A DNA stretch of 63,366 bases, filler included, from Rhabdomonas costata (GCA_019059605.1; 36 parts of 36 records of this genome joined end to end with filler, not necessarily neighbours in it); one strand, 5' to 3'; counted from the first letter of the whole stretch, positions 25,224-38,322 are shown. The notes: a model not told the origin generated them from the letters alone. Made by a program: numbers and translations.

Positions 25224-26479
25224 GTCTCATGATTGGAGTTAGGACAGAACTCCCTGTTCCTTCTGGCACCCACCCCGGATGCTATACTCCTTCCCCAATT
25301 TCATTGTCCCCCTCCTCTTCCCCACCATTACAACGACGTCACTCCTTCTCCTTTGGATTTGAAGGTTCCTTCTTCGCTCGTTCCCTCCGTGCGAAGCGGG
25401 TCACTGCAATGGGTTGGGTAGCTTTGGCAGAACTTTTTCAGCCATCTGCCGAACGAGAGAAAGAGCCCACGTGCAGAACGATGGGGTGCCTTTCACAAAG
25501 AAAGCCTCAACCCTTGTGACAGGGCCTCAGCAAATTTCTGCCCACTCTTTTTCTGCCTTTGCGTGTGGGGGGCACGCCGCTTTCCCGTAGAAGCACACTC
25601 GCTCACTCTTTGGGACCACTTGGTGCTGCAGTCGTTGCGTTTTTCGCTATTCGCTGGTGGGGAAATCTGGGATCGAATTTGCAGGATGCAGACTAGGAGC
25701 TTATTTAGATGCATTATTACCATTATTGTGTTGTGATGATTAATCGCAAGTTTCCACTCAAACGCTCGAGAAAGGAAGAACAAGACAGCAAATTCGGACG
25801 TTTTCAGTCACAATAAACATGCCCATGACAACAGTAGAAAAGTAAAGTGTGTCGCAAACAGTTGGTTTCTGTCGACGGTCCTCACACAACAACTGTACAA
25901 AATTATTGCCAGTATTGCATCCTTCTCACATCCACCGCCTCAAACAGGGGCTCTGGAAACTCACTGTCCAGTCTTCGCAGCAACCCCGCCGCGCCAATCC
26001 AGCATGAAATCCCCGCACCTCCATTCGGAGCTGAGGCAAAATGACGATCACAGCACAAAATCAACTACACGGAACGCAGAAGGTGGAAAGAAAAAGCAAT
26101 CTTGGCGACAAAACTCTTTCCTCAATGGTCTCCGCTGGATCTTTCTTGGCCGTTCGTTGGAAGATTCGGTCTTCGAAGGAAACTTCTGCACCTTTTGACT
26201 CAATTGCTTTTTTTCTCTTGACTGTTCTGCATTGGTATAAAGGCGTCGATCCAATAAAGGTCCAGTTTTCTCCGTGTCTAAATCGTGTCTATATCTATCT
26301 AGTGGAATCTAGCAAAGGAGAAGGAAACAACACGACACCCACCCCCACANNNNNNNNNNNNNNNNNNNNNNNNNNNNNNNNNNNNNNNNNNNNTTAATTA
26401 ATTAANNNNNNNNNNNNNNNNNNNNNNNNNNNNNNNNNNNNNNNNNNNNTGTGGTGGGTGTGGTTGGTGTTTTTTTTAG

Positions 26480-27793
26480 GGCGCGACTCCAGCTCGGCGG
26501 GCTCCTCCACGGGTGCCGGGGGTGCAGGCTCGGGTTCCCCCGCGCCTCCGTACACGGGGCCCTCCTCCACGGGCAGCCCCCCTGGGGCATCCCCGCCCTC
26601 CGCGGGAATCGGAGGGTTGCCCGCGCCCTTCGATGGACAGCAGCTCGGGGATCTAGCCTTCCGCGCCATGCTCTACGCCAAGGCGCTACGGTACAAGGAG
26701 GCCACCCTGGCACAGGTCGTGGAGCGCCTGAAGGAGGTCGATCGCCACCGCTACCACCACCACAGTTTTGGGCAGATGTGAGCAGGAGGGGGGCTGCGTT
26801 CTAAATTGGTGATCAACAAGATAAGATCGAAGCACCCGTTGCTTTTTGAGCAAAAATTCTAAAGCAGGTAACATCGTAAACGTTTCCACCTTCACGTTCC
26901 TGGTGTGGCTATCCTTTCCTCTCTCTCTTAGCCCACTGTGTTTCCTTTTTGGTGCCTGCCAGTGCGAATTTGCGTAACTTGGATCAAACTGGGGAAATCC
27001 GAACCGAAAGGCAGGTGTCTGCCTTACCTTTGGGTATAGGAGTATTATGAAGTGTGCGGGTGTGGGGGATAGTGTGCGGCGTCTGGACGCCGATTCAGCA
27101 AAGGACTTCGACACCGCGCTGAAGACCTGCGAGCACCTCATCAGCATTAATAACGAGCTCTCCCTCCCGCAGGCAGCATCCGGTGCGTATGTGTGTGTGC
27201 GTGGCACCGGCCACCAGGCCCAACACAAGCACAAGCGCTCTGGTAAAAACCTCTGCTTGTTGTTCTTGTGCGCGTTTTGTTTTTGAGGTGGAGTGGGGCA
27301 CTTCTCATCCGTTCATTTTGAGATAGACAAAGAAGGACTCAGGCGAATTGGGCTTGCGCGGTACGTCTCTTCCCGCTCGCAGGAGTCCTTGTGTTCATGG
27401 AGAAGCGGGTGGAGCGATTCCGGAGGAAAACCGAGCGTCCTGACGACGAAGCCGGCTCTGCTGTGATTCGGGTATCCTACGCTGCCTGACCAAATGTGCC
27501 TCTTATTGTGAGTGATGCGATGTGGCGTGATGTGGAGAAAACGGAAAGAGAAGGAAAGAACATATGATGTGATAGTTTCTGATAACATCTCGGTTTTTAA
27601 TTTATTTTTTCGTTTTCCAAATCGGCATCTACCCACCACAGGCCGAGATGTACGAGCAGCTTGGGCGGTGGGACGAGGCCCTGGCGATCCACGAGCGCAA
27701 GCTGCGTTGCGAGCCGGAGCGTGTGGGGCACATCCTGGGCATTATGAGATGTCTCGGTGAGATGGGCAAGTGGGACAGCCTGTGCCAGTTTTG
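26480..27793 (+). CDS. TOR: TOR (PIKK) kinase, FAT-domain exons
   Basis: Exons about 26480-26777, 27040-27182, 27383-27471 and 27642-27793 join in phase. They encode LGDLAFRAMLYAKALRYKE, EHLISINNEL..PQAASGVL and YEQLGRWDEAL...LGIMRCL...GKWDSL. Confidence 0.88.
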
Positions 27794-28421
27794 GTGCGAG
27801 TGCGCTTCATTTTCACTGTTTTGGTCGTTGACTCCAACAGGTTGGACTCTTTGCTCATGTCAGCACTGTTTTTTCGATGATGAATAATAAGCTCCGCCCA
27901 GACGTCCACATCGCCTTCATACCTGCTGTTAGAGTTGTCAAAAAGCCCCAAGGGGAGCGTTGCTAACCTGTACTAACAGGACCAGGCTTCGTTCAATTCA
28001 GAAACCACCTGCCCAGTATACCGTGTTCGAATCCAGGGTAGGGATGCGTCACTTCCCAACTCTGGGTATGCTGCTGGAGGAGCTCCACCCCCCCCCCAAA
28101 CACACCCACCACNNNNNNNNNNNNNNNNNNNNNNNNNNNNNNNNNNNNNNNNNNNNTTAATTAATTAANNNNNNNNNNNNNNNNNNNNNNNNNNNNNNNN
28201 NNNNNNNNNNNNTGGTTTACGTCTTTTTGTCTCCAAGTACGAACACTCATGTGAGTGTAAGTGTCCGTGCTGTCAGGGGAGAAGTCCGCCTCTCCGACTT
28301 ATGGTGTTTTTATGTGACATCTTCATTTAGATATTCTGTGACAGCAGCCACAGCACTGGAACTTAAAAAGAATGCCCAGCAGCATTTTTTCTCCTCATTG
28401 AGGTGCGTTCTGTGCGTGCAG

Positions 28422-29807
28422 GTGTGGGATGGGGGTTGGGTGCAGGCAGACGCTGCTGACTCTTGTGCCCGCTTTGGCTCTGGGTGCCGTGGGAGGAGCT
28501 GCCGGTGCGGCCTTTGTTAGGCTTCGAATGGCCGCGACTGTATGGAGGAGGACCCGCGTGGTCGCCCCGCTTTTCAAGCTGTGGGTGTGTCTGCTTTTCA
28601 TCAGTACCGTGTTCCGAAAAGGTGTGAGTTCCGGTTTTTTGGGTTATTTGTGATCCGGTGGAGCTGCCAATTGACCGAAGGTGATGCACCGAGAGAGGGA
28701 GGCAAAGAGCTTTCTATGGACTGCCCTGCCACAAGAGAATCAAATCAGATTATTGCTTGAATATGAGTTTGAAAAGGATAAGAAAAACATGTGAGTTACA
28801 GAAGATAGGGTGGAACCCGGTGACCCCCCCCCCATGCGATACTGCACAGCATCGTTGTTTCAGCAACTAAGAGTTGGAGAAGCATCGTCGGGGCTCTGTT
28901 TTGTGTCAAGCGACAGGAGATTTCTCTTCTCATTCCTCTTCTTTTCCTTCTTTCGCGTCTCTTCTCTATTCCACCGCAGGCGTTTATTCTTTGATTTAGT
29001 TAGTTTCCTTTTGCGATCGGAAAAAGAAACCGCCTTGGTGGGTTCCCCTTGCTCGTTTGTGTCCCCGGTTGCCCTTGGCTCTGACTGAGCTTGCAGTGAT
29101 TAAGGGCCGGGGGTGCGACGACCCAGCGCAAGCTGTAAAAAAAGAAACAGAAGAAGCCCCCGATCAAAAAAGAGACATGGTGGGCTTTTGGCCATCCGTT
29201 TCAAGCACCGCTCATTCACCTCGTCACATCCCCCTTTCCTTTGTCGCTGTGCACCCACAACAAAAAATTATTTCATTCCTGTTCTCACAAGGAACCTTGC
29301 GTGATCACCCTGGCGTACTCACTGGTGTGCTTCTGGTCGCCTTTCTTGTTCGCCTGCTACGTACCGCCCTCGGCGGGAACGAAGGCTTCGGAGAGCTTTG
29401 GGCAGGTGCAGCCCCCCCATAAAAACTCACAAGAAGGCCTTTGGACCTCCTGCCGATTCGCTGGAATTTTCTATTTGATTACTACTGCTGTTGTCATTTT
29501 CTTGCCTGTGGGTGACCTTTCGCTTTTCTCGCGGTCTCGTTGTATGTCGTATGCGCTGGGCAGCAGGAAGGCTGGATGCGATTTGTTGTGGGGAACCTTC
29601 TAGGAAAAGGAATTTTAGTCGGGGTTAGGGTTAGGTTTAGGGTTACCTATTTTTTATTGTAAATCAGTGGTCCTTGATGGACTTTTTTGGGGGACTGCCC
29701 TAATATTTGTTTGGGTTTGGGTTTGTTTTCAGAGGTTCATTTGCGCCAAGGGCTACTACAACCCATTGGCCTCCCTCACCTTCGCTGCTCCAGAGTCCGT
29801 GCTGAAG
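28422..29807 (+). CDS. CLC chloride channel/antiporter (CLC-6/7-like), internal exons
   Basis: Exons 28422-28584, 29292-29405 and 29733-29807 encode LGAVGGAAGAAFVRL...KLW|EPCVITL...FAC and RFICAKGYYNPLASLTF (f.C..g.YN.lAsL.f motif). Confidence 0.75.
29622..29645 (+). repeat. Short interstitial TTAGGG-like repeat in an intron
   Basis: gggTTAGGG TTAGGT TTAGGG TTA. Confidence 0.5.
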
Positions 29808-30558
29808 GTCTCATGGGAAATCTCCCCTCCCTTCCCCTCCCCCGAGCAACTGCTGCCTACTTTTCCATAACCCAANNNNNNNNNNNNNNNNNNNNNNNNN
29901 NNNNNNNNNNNNNNNNNNNTTAATTAATTAANNNNNNNNNNNNNNNNNNNNNNNNNNNNNNNNNNNNNNNNNNNNTGTTGGGTGTGTGTGGTGGGGGTTG
30001 GGTTCCATATGATGAACCGCTCGCCCTGCCAAGGAAGAGCAGCCGCCCACGAGAGAGTTTGAGGATAAGTCTCTGCGCTGTTGAGGATGTGATAAATTGT
30101 ACATCCGTGACGAACTGTGAGGCAGCTGCTCCTCGCCTTTCTGAAGTGTGAGAGAGAGACTGATTTCGAGTTTCCACACACGCAAGGGCGCGCGAAGACA
30201 AGAAAACAAAGGGAGACTTCTTCAGCGAAACAAACCTGCACATGACAGCAACAGAGACAAGCGGCAGGCCTCTGTAGTCTGTCCTCGGACCACACACAAG
30301 AACTAAAAGAAGATCACCCCTGTCCCCCGCCCGACCTCCTCACTGAATCCTACTCACGTCCACCGCCTCAAGGCGGGAGGTATTCACATTGCCTCATCAC
30401 AGCTGCCTCACCCCACCCCATTGCAGTGTACCTAAAGCATTTTAGATTTACGTTGGAATTATTCCGAGGGTTTTGGTGTTATCGGAGTTTACGCTGTTGC
30501 CATTATCATGTGTAACGGCATGTGCGTGTGTGGGTGTGTGGCGTGCGTGGAAATGCAG

Positions 30559-31605
30559 GTGATGCACCGGTGCCGCCTGCAGGGCACTGTGCGGACACTA
30601 CACAATCGCCTGCGCAAGCTGCCCAACATCACCAGCCCCAGCCCCTCGGCCCGAAGGTGTCGCTCAGGGTGATCTTGTTAAGCATTGATTGCAAACGGAG
30701 AAATTCCTCGGACTGCAAAGTTCTACGGTCTCGGGCAGTTTACCCCTTTGTCAAGGTCCCCAACAAAAGAAACAGGGTTGTCAAGGGCGTACTTTGGCCA
30801 AGAAACCGCAGCTTTGCTTAACAGTTTGCAAGGCGCTTAGTCTGTGCTGATCGCGCCCTTCCCCGCCGCGCAAAAAAATTCATACTCTCGCCCGATTGGA
30901 CATGCACTCACGTGTCTCGTATCTCAACGCAGTTCCCTTAGAGTGCAGAATCATTTTCATGCGTACTTTATGTCTCGAAGGAGCACACCTTTGAGTGTTG
31001 TGGTGGCTATTACTCGCCCGCTCAGCTATGCCGAGAGGCAGGCCGTGAACACTGTCGTTCAGGGCAGCGCTGCCGACGTGATCAAGCTTGCAATGCTGGA
31101 AGTCCAGCGCGTGCTTGCTGACGCCCAGCAGCAGCTGCAGCAGCAGGCTCTTGACGGCGCCTCCCTTCCCCAGCTAGTGGCCCAAGTCCACGACGAGCTG
31201 CTGTTCCTCGTTCCCACCTCAGGTGGGGGCCTGGAGCGGTGGGTCCCCGAACTGGCCCGATGCATGACTTCCGCTGCCTCACTGCGGGTTCCTCTGTCAG
31301 TGAAAGTGTCTGCAGGGCCCACTTGGGGAACCCTGCAGCGCTACGGTGTGTACCGTCAGCCTGCTCAGCCCGCCCACGGTGCCCCGACACTGGCACGACT
31401 TGTCCTGGTCAGCTCCTCCTCAGCTGCTGCTGCTGCCGCTGCTGCTGCATTACTCTCGCCTCCCCGCATCTCTGGAGATGGGGTTGAGACTCCTGCGACG
31501 TCGTGTTTTCCACAGCCGGGTTTGCCGCTGGTTGAAAATGTGGATGAGCCCCAAGAGCTGCTTCTCGCTCCCGTTGATGAGTCAGGGGGCGAAGAGACCC
31601 CCTGA
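30559..31605 (+). CDS. Family-A DNA polymerase (Pol theta/nu-like), last two exons
   Basis: Exons 30559-30656 (CRLQGTVRTLHNRLRKLPNI) and 31026-31605 (AERQAVNTVVQGSAADVIKLAM; motif C LVAQVHDELLF; LRVPLSVKVSAGPTWG), with the stop at 31605. Confidence 0.9.
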
Positions 31606-31845
31606 TAATTTGTCTGGTTGGATCTATTCGATGGCCANNNNNNNNNNNNNNNNNNNNNNNNNNNNNNNNNNNNNNNNNNNNTTAATTAATTAANNNNNNN
31701 NNNNNNNNNNNNNNNNNNNNNNNNNNNNNNNNNNNNNGGTGCCCGTGGGTGTGTTTGGTGTTGTGGGGCGGTTGAAAAATAGGCTCAGTTTCGGGGAGTT
31801 CCAGGGCTTAGAATGGAAGAGGTGGCTGAGGTGGTTCGCGCAGAC

Positions 31846-32015
31846 CGTCTCCAGGCTTGACGTCCTGCACGAGCCACTCCACAGCACGGAGGATGTTTTG
31901 GAGGGTTGGGGTGGTCTCCGGATCTTCCTGATCATCATCTAGGACCCTGACACTGTCTCGCCGCCAGCCCTGGTGCGCCAGGAAGTCGGCCATGCGACGC
32001 ACGTCGCGAACCGCG
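31846..32015 (-). CDS. Metacaspase exon
   Basis: AVRDVRRMADFLAHQGW...VRVLDDD...PTLQNILRAVEWLVQDVKPGD matches the metacaspase p20 segment just before the catalytic HySGHG. AG/GT bounded. Confidence 0.85.
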
Positions 32016-35000
32016 CTGACGAATGAAAGCATAACGAGGACACAGGCGGTGCATGTGCACAACATTCGAAATTCTTTTGGAAGCATCCCAAGAAGGAAGG
32101 AAACGGGCAGTCCTATTACACGTGTGATGTGATTGGCAGAGGTTTCGAGAGGTTCCCATGTGGGAGCCCATTAGACCAGCCATCAATAGTGAGTTAACCG
32201 CGGCATGCCGTCACCACAATTCAGTAATTAGCCCGAGGGCGAAGTATCCGGGGCGGAGAAACAGGCATCGAGGAGGAAGGAACTGACACCAAAAAGAAAG
32301 AAAAACCTTTGCGATGTGATGTGCACGTCCCAAAAAAAGAATGCCAGCGACAGTAGATGGCGGGATGCACCCGCACACCAAAAGCGAGCCTTCCTTTCCG
32401 AGCCTTCCGTTGTTCTCTCACCTCGCCAGCACACCTCACAAGCTCATGGCTGGTGCGGCGGTAATTGGTGCCGACCAGCAGCGCCCGTGTGTAGCGCCCT
32501 TTTAGACATCACAACACAAGTAAACAGGGTTAGTCATTCACCTTTCGCGTTTACAGCAGCTGCCAGCGTCCTCAGCGTTCGAGTCAACGGGAATTTCATT
32601 TCACTGGCATTGGAACCAACACGTGAGAAGCCCGTGAGCGCTGAATCGCATTGAAAAATTGTTTAGGAGACTAATCTGAGGTGAGACTTGAAATACTAAA
32701 GAAGTCTCAGCTCAGACTCGTTTGATCATTGCCAAGCCAGGGTGCCATGGGCCGTACTGCAATTGTAAGAGTCCAAAGGTGAGGTTCCTGAAAGATACAC
32801 ACCATCTGCTGTGATCCCGGGACCAGCCACGTGAGGTGATGATGCCCCAGTTCCCGCAGGTGTTGAGTACGAAACGGTGTAAGGGGGGTAGCCGCTGCAA
32901 ATCGGGACCCCTGAGGGGGTGGGGTATAGCGTGGTTATCGAAGCAACCGAGGGGTAGGGAAGCATTTTTGAACAGTTTAAGAAGACGATGAAACCCTTTG
33001 CCCAGCAAGCGGAGTGAAAGTTACCAAAGAACGCCCCTGATTTGTTGAACACGTACTCGCAGGACACACACAACCCACTGTGCTCAGGAATGATCGGAAA
33101 AGATCAAAGATTCCGAGCAGCAGAACGGCATCGTACAATGCATTCAGAATCCAACAACCCGCAGGCATCAAAGTTGCTCGAAGTGCTGAACTTCTTCGAA
33201 CACTTAGCCTTTGAATAACTTAAATGCATAAAACTTAGTAGTTTGCGAAACTGGCGCACAACTTGAGTGCGTATTTCGAAATAGTGTATAAAACGAGTCT
33301 CTGGTTCATTTAGTTTTTTTTTGCAACTTCATTCCATTGATCGTTAAGAAAATGGAAAAAGCTGTTCCAGAGAGTTATGTGCGAATTCTCGCAAACCACN
33401 NNNNNNNNNNNNNNNNNNNNNNNNNNNNNNNNNNNNNNNNNNNTTAATTAATTAANNNNNNNNNNNNNNNNNNNNNNNNNNNNNNNNNNNNNNNNNNNNG
33501 GTTTTTGCACAGACACGAGGCTGGAGTCAGAGGTGGATGCCCATTGTTTCTACGCGCGGGAGAGAGGGATAGGGCGTTGTCTCTGGATTTCCAGTTGCCG
33601 CAGTTTGCAGTATGACGAGAGTTCGAAGAGAAGGGAACGGGAACACTTCATTGCCTTTTATCGGAACCTGACCACTTCCAATCCCTTCAATTATCGTAAG
33701 TTGTCACTGGTTTCCGCACAATGCGCACAGTGTGGCTAACACCTAAGTTTCCACGACTTGCTTGGTGGACACTCGTCACTTCTTCTGCAGCCCCGAGCTC
33801 GACAAGGAACGGAAAAGAGAACGCTTTTTAAAATGGCACAAGTGTGGGACTGTCTTCCCTTTACAAAACCATGGGTCAAAAGTGAAACAGACGTCAAACT
33901 AACGTGGAACGCAGTACCAGGAAAAAACTAGCAATGGAAAAGCAGAGGTGGCTATCAATGCTCCGGAAATCACGGGCTTAGGAGGCATGCCGCCCAGCAA
34001 GTAAAGACCAGGTTCCGGCTTTCAGATTCGTAATTCTGGACAGGGCACCGAGTTTTATTCCAGTCTATTGGCTACCGCGAATCGAGTTTGCGTTAGCCAA
34101 TAGAAAAAGCCAACAGAAAAAGCGAGCCTATTGTTCGTGGAGCATAGACACAGTGTTCGTCTTACATCGTACAGTGGCAAAACGACGGGTTGGCCCCGTC
34201 GGGCACTAGAGGTACCTGTGTACCTGAGTGTACCTGTGTTCCAGGTGCGGGGGTGCGAAGGTGCGGGGGCCAAGCAGAACGCAGTTGTACAACATGAGCG
34301 TTCATGAGAGTAGGGCACTTATAGCCTCGAATGCAAGGGATTCATGCAACGATTGCACGACGCTTCCCATCCCATCATTGCGGAAATGCTCCAGAAACGG
34401 TCACTCGGGTAGCCCAAGCGTAATATTGTCTACAATACCGTTACTCGGGAAATAGGCCACGAGAAGATAAGTCCACTTGCGCGAAGTTTCCGGGAAAAAA
34501 GCTGAGCCCACCTGTGGACTGAATACAGGCCGACAAGCAAATGTTGTCGACGTCAGCTGGGGAAGGCTGCCCTTCCAGCCGCGCCAAGAAAGGTCACCGG
34601 CCATTGCTTAAATTACAAGAGCTACATGCCGCTACTCCACCATCGACTCGGCCTCACCATCCTCTGCACTTCGGAGCTCGGCGTCCTCCTCGTCTTCGCA
34701 GTCCATCATCATGCAAGGCGACGCTGCCCCTGGTTTGTGAGGTGAAGCCACAGAGAAGTCAGCCATTGGGGGCCGGACTGTCGGTGAGCCATCGATCGCA
34801 ACATCCGCGGGGGAATGGGGAGGGGGTTGCAGTGTCCTTCGAATCCATCTGTTTTCTTTGGAGGGACAGGGGGAGTTGTTTGAAGTTTACACACGAATTT
34901 TAGTTACGTTACGGAACCACAATGTTTAACACCGACATCCTTTCACGATTCACGTTTACCATTGCTGAGTCGTTAAGCAGCAAGAGGATTCTTCCCAGGC

Positions 35001-35356
35001 ACGCTGGCCAGAGAACTAGAACTAATACCAGAGAACTGCTATGCCTGCACTCCTTGGATGTTGCTATGATTAAAAATGACTGGCATGAAGGGGGAAGCTT
35101 CTGGAGGGAGAAGCTGAAGAAGGCCTGGGGTCTTTGGTATCGCAGCAGGCCTCCCCAAACCCNNNNNNNNNNNNNNNNNNNNNNNNNNNNNNNNNNNNNN
35201 NNNNNNTTAATTAATTAANNNNNNNNNNNNNNNNNNNNNNNNNNNNNNNNNNNNNNNNNNNNGGGGTGGTTTTGCCAAAACCAGCCGCCTCTATTTTCCT
35301 TTTTTTTTTTGCAGCCGCAACCGTTATTCTTTTTTTGGCGGAACTTGTGCTTTCAG

Positions 35357-36801
35357 GGAACCCCTTTCTGGGGTGGGTGTCGGATGTTGCTGTGATCACT
35401 CGCCTGGGCTACGATGGGGCTGCCCCCGCAGAGGTCACCCCTGTCGGGCTGCTGCTGCCTTGCGCCTCGCGGCGGGCTCAGGTCCGGAGGCGGTGGCGGT
35501 GTTAGTAAGTTTGGGATCTTTGTTCTGTTTTCGGGGTTAACTGTCAGCCTCGAACGATCAACAATTTGTCCTTAGTAGTAAACTAGTAACGTTTGACCGT
35601 TTTTTTTTACCCATTTGCTGTTGAACTTGAATTATTGATGCCCGGTCGGTGGCCGGCGTCCTTGTGGAAAAGACTGAGTTGTGCGAGAGGGCGAATGATG
35701 TTCAAGGGTGTATTCAAGGTATCTGCGGCAATAACCGCAGAAACCGCGGGTGCCCAGGGTTTAGAAGGTCAAAAGAGGCTTCACGCTTGCAAAGCGGCGG
35801 CTTTTCCTTTTCTCAGGTCTGCCACTTCGACTATGGCAGCCCTTCGTGTCGCTCGGACTGCACCGGGGACCCTTCGCCGACGATTTCGGGAATGTGCGCG
35901 GTGAGCTGCCCAGACACTTCCGCCTTCCTGGCCTACTGTATGGAAGCCCGCCCCCCCTGCACAAACCCCCTGGATTCTCCATTTCTTCTGGAAACCATTG
36001 GAACCCAGTTTGCTTTTGCAGACAAAAAAGGCAGCATTCGATTTCACTCACCACCAGGTCTCCCTATATATCCCTATATATATATATATCTCTTGTTGCT
36101 GCTTGATTCTTCACATGCCCCATACTGACGCCCCCCCTAATCAGTGCACTGTTCAGCTGAGCAGTGATTACTATTCAAAACATGAATAGTGTGTGGATGG
36201 GTGGGGGGCGTCTAGTACAAACCCTAACACTTTTCTCTTCTTGACAGCCACCTAGTTTTCTTTCTTCAGTGTGCTTTCATTGGCACACCCTGTTCTGTTG
36301 TGTGCGCAGTATTTTCACGCAATCAGAAGTAAAAAAACACCTCTAAATTCACCCTTGTCACGATATCGTACCCCCGGTTTACCATCGCGCTTGTGAAAAC
36401 AGGACTGTGCCTGATTCACCGTGCACACGCCGTGCCGCGGCTGGCTTCCACCTTGTTGTCAAGATTATCCTATATCTTGGGTGTAAAAGTTTTCCAACTA
36501 TTCGTCAGCTCAAGAAATCACAATACCGAGAACTGGGGTTGAGGCGTATGCAGGTTTGTGCAGTAGCTACTGGTAACACCGCTAGACCGCCAGACGCCTA
36601 AACCGCCCGTGATGATGATCGTGCCTCAGGAGAGTGGGCTTGAGCGCGCATGGCCTGGTTTTGGGTTCAGGGGCTGTGGTGGATGAGTCCAAGCCCACAC
36701 TCTCCTTCGGCGCCGTGGTGGGGATCGCCGCTGCGGTCAGCGCGGTAGGGCTGGCCGCCCTGGGGGCTATCACCCTCTTCCTGTGCTCCAGACAGCGCCA
36801 G
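35357..36801 (+). CDS. Single-pass membrane/receptor-like protein, partial
   Basis: Exons with a Cys-containing extracellular segment (VCHFDYGSPSCRSDC) and a transmembrane helix (FGAVVGIAAAVSAVGLAALGAITLFLC) followed by basic residues (SRQRQ). Confidence 0.45.
36123..36217. repeat. 95-bp intronic element with terminal inverted repeats and internal hairpins (MITE-like)
   Basis: Ends are tact-gacgcccccc and ggggggcgtctagta (one indel). Internal palindromes are cactgttcagctgagcagtg and ctattca...tgaatag. Confidence 0.45.
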
Positions 36802-37131
36802 GTTCATCCTCACCTAACGCTCACCCCCGCTGCTTAACAAGTGGAACAAGTGGTGCCCCTGGTCACGGGCTCGTTTATTTTGACTGGAGTTGTTTCATAT
36901 TCCACCGGTGGCACTCAACCCACACNNNNNNNNNNNNNNNNNNNNNNNNNNNNNNNNNNNNNNNNNNNNTTAATTAATTAANNNNNNNNNNNNNNNNNNN
37001 NNNNNNNNNNNNNNNNNNNNNNNNNGGTAGGGGGGAAATCGATGAGGGTCTGGGAGTTAAAGCTTGTTTGGGGCGCTCTCAGAGGCGGACCAAGCCAAGC
37101 CGTCGGCGGGCACATCTGTATGTGGGCGCAC

Positions 37132-38322
37132 CTGCTTCACCACTAGAGTGATGGACCTGTTGGGCAGGTTGAGGTAAGGATTTAGGCTCACCAGAGAAGG
37201 GTCAGCCCACGTCGAGATCTCACCTGCACAAAGATAAAGAATATTGTAAAAACACATCAGCTTTCGGTCATCGCCCTTCTGTGCAACAGCTCGCTCAGTG
37301 GGGGCACCCCTCCTCCGCAATGGGTGCACCGCATCCCACTCTGGCACCGTGGCAAGGCCTTGCTGCAGGACCCGCACTCTTATTGCTTTGCAATAGAGAC
37401 AACAGGTAACTTGTTAACGGCCTACTTCAAAAGGGAAGTTCAAAGCATCCCTAGGCTCATGCAGGCGTTGAGTAGTGCGAAATGCGAAGAAAGGGATTGA
37501 TAAAGGAATACGGAGCAAGTTTCCTTCTTAGCCAGAGGGGAGCACAATGAGACCTGTCCAGATCTGCACCACCGCCTCCTTGGAGAGCAGAAGCCTGGTG
37601 GTGGTGTTCGGCAGGCTGTACACAAACGCCTGGATGAACATCACACAAAAAAGCACCAATATTCAACACCAATCTCACTCTCACAAAACAGGGAGCCCGA
37701 TATCCTGCATAAAAATGGCAGCATCCAGACATAGTGGATAAATAATTCTGCTCGATGGCGGCAGAGAGGCAAACTAAAAGATCGAGCCAGAGGAAAGCCA
37801 AAAATGGTTTTGCAAACCGATCGACGTGAGATAGGGCATCATCACACAGCAACATCAAAACAGAGGCTACAGAGGCTACGGGTTCTGTGTGTATGTGAGA
37901 GGGGGGGGGGGAATGCCGCCACCATGGGGTGCACAACGAGCGGCAGATGCATCATGTCGGGCTCGGGAAGGGCGAGTGGCTGCGTGGTAAGCGCGAAGTC
38001 CACCTGAGGCCAAAATAGCATAAACACATTTTTTCAAACAAAAAAGTAGCTTCGACTGCAAACGTCCATCTGCAGCACGCACACCGACCTGTTTTTGCTC
38101 CAGCTGGCTCATCCCATCGGAGTTGTTCGTGGAGGCAAACCTCAGATCGTACTGGGGGTAGGACTGCTCGAAGAACGCCTTCCACTTCCATGCGATGCCC
38201 ACCCCCGCCAGCTCCGAGCCAGCGCCCCGCAAGACCACAGCAGAGGACGTCGACGCGGTGCAGAACAGCAGAGGAAAGCCAACCACAAGAAGCAAGGCAA
38301 AGGAGTGGCCTCGCTTCGTCAT
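37132..38322 (-). CDS. PstS-like periplasmic-binding-fold protein with signal peptide, 5' part (4 exons)
   Basis: Exons 38322-38089, 38003-37923, 37629-37554 and 37223-37132. Hydrophobic N-terminus, then VLRGAGS, QVDFALT, AFVYSLP and LSKEAVVQIWTGEISTWADPSLVSLNPYLNLPNRSITLVV. Confidence 0.85.

Noticed and set aside
33800-35162. Possible decayed transposon coding sequence
   Set aside because: It looks coding-like in patches, but I could not identify any RT, integrase or transposase motif.
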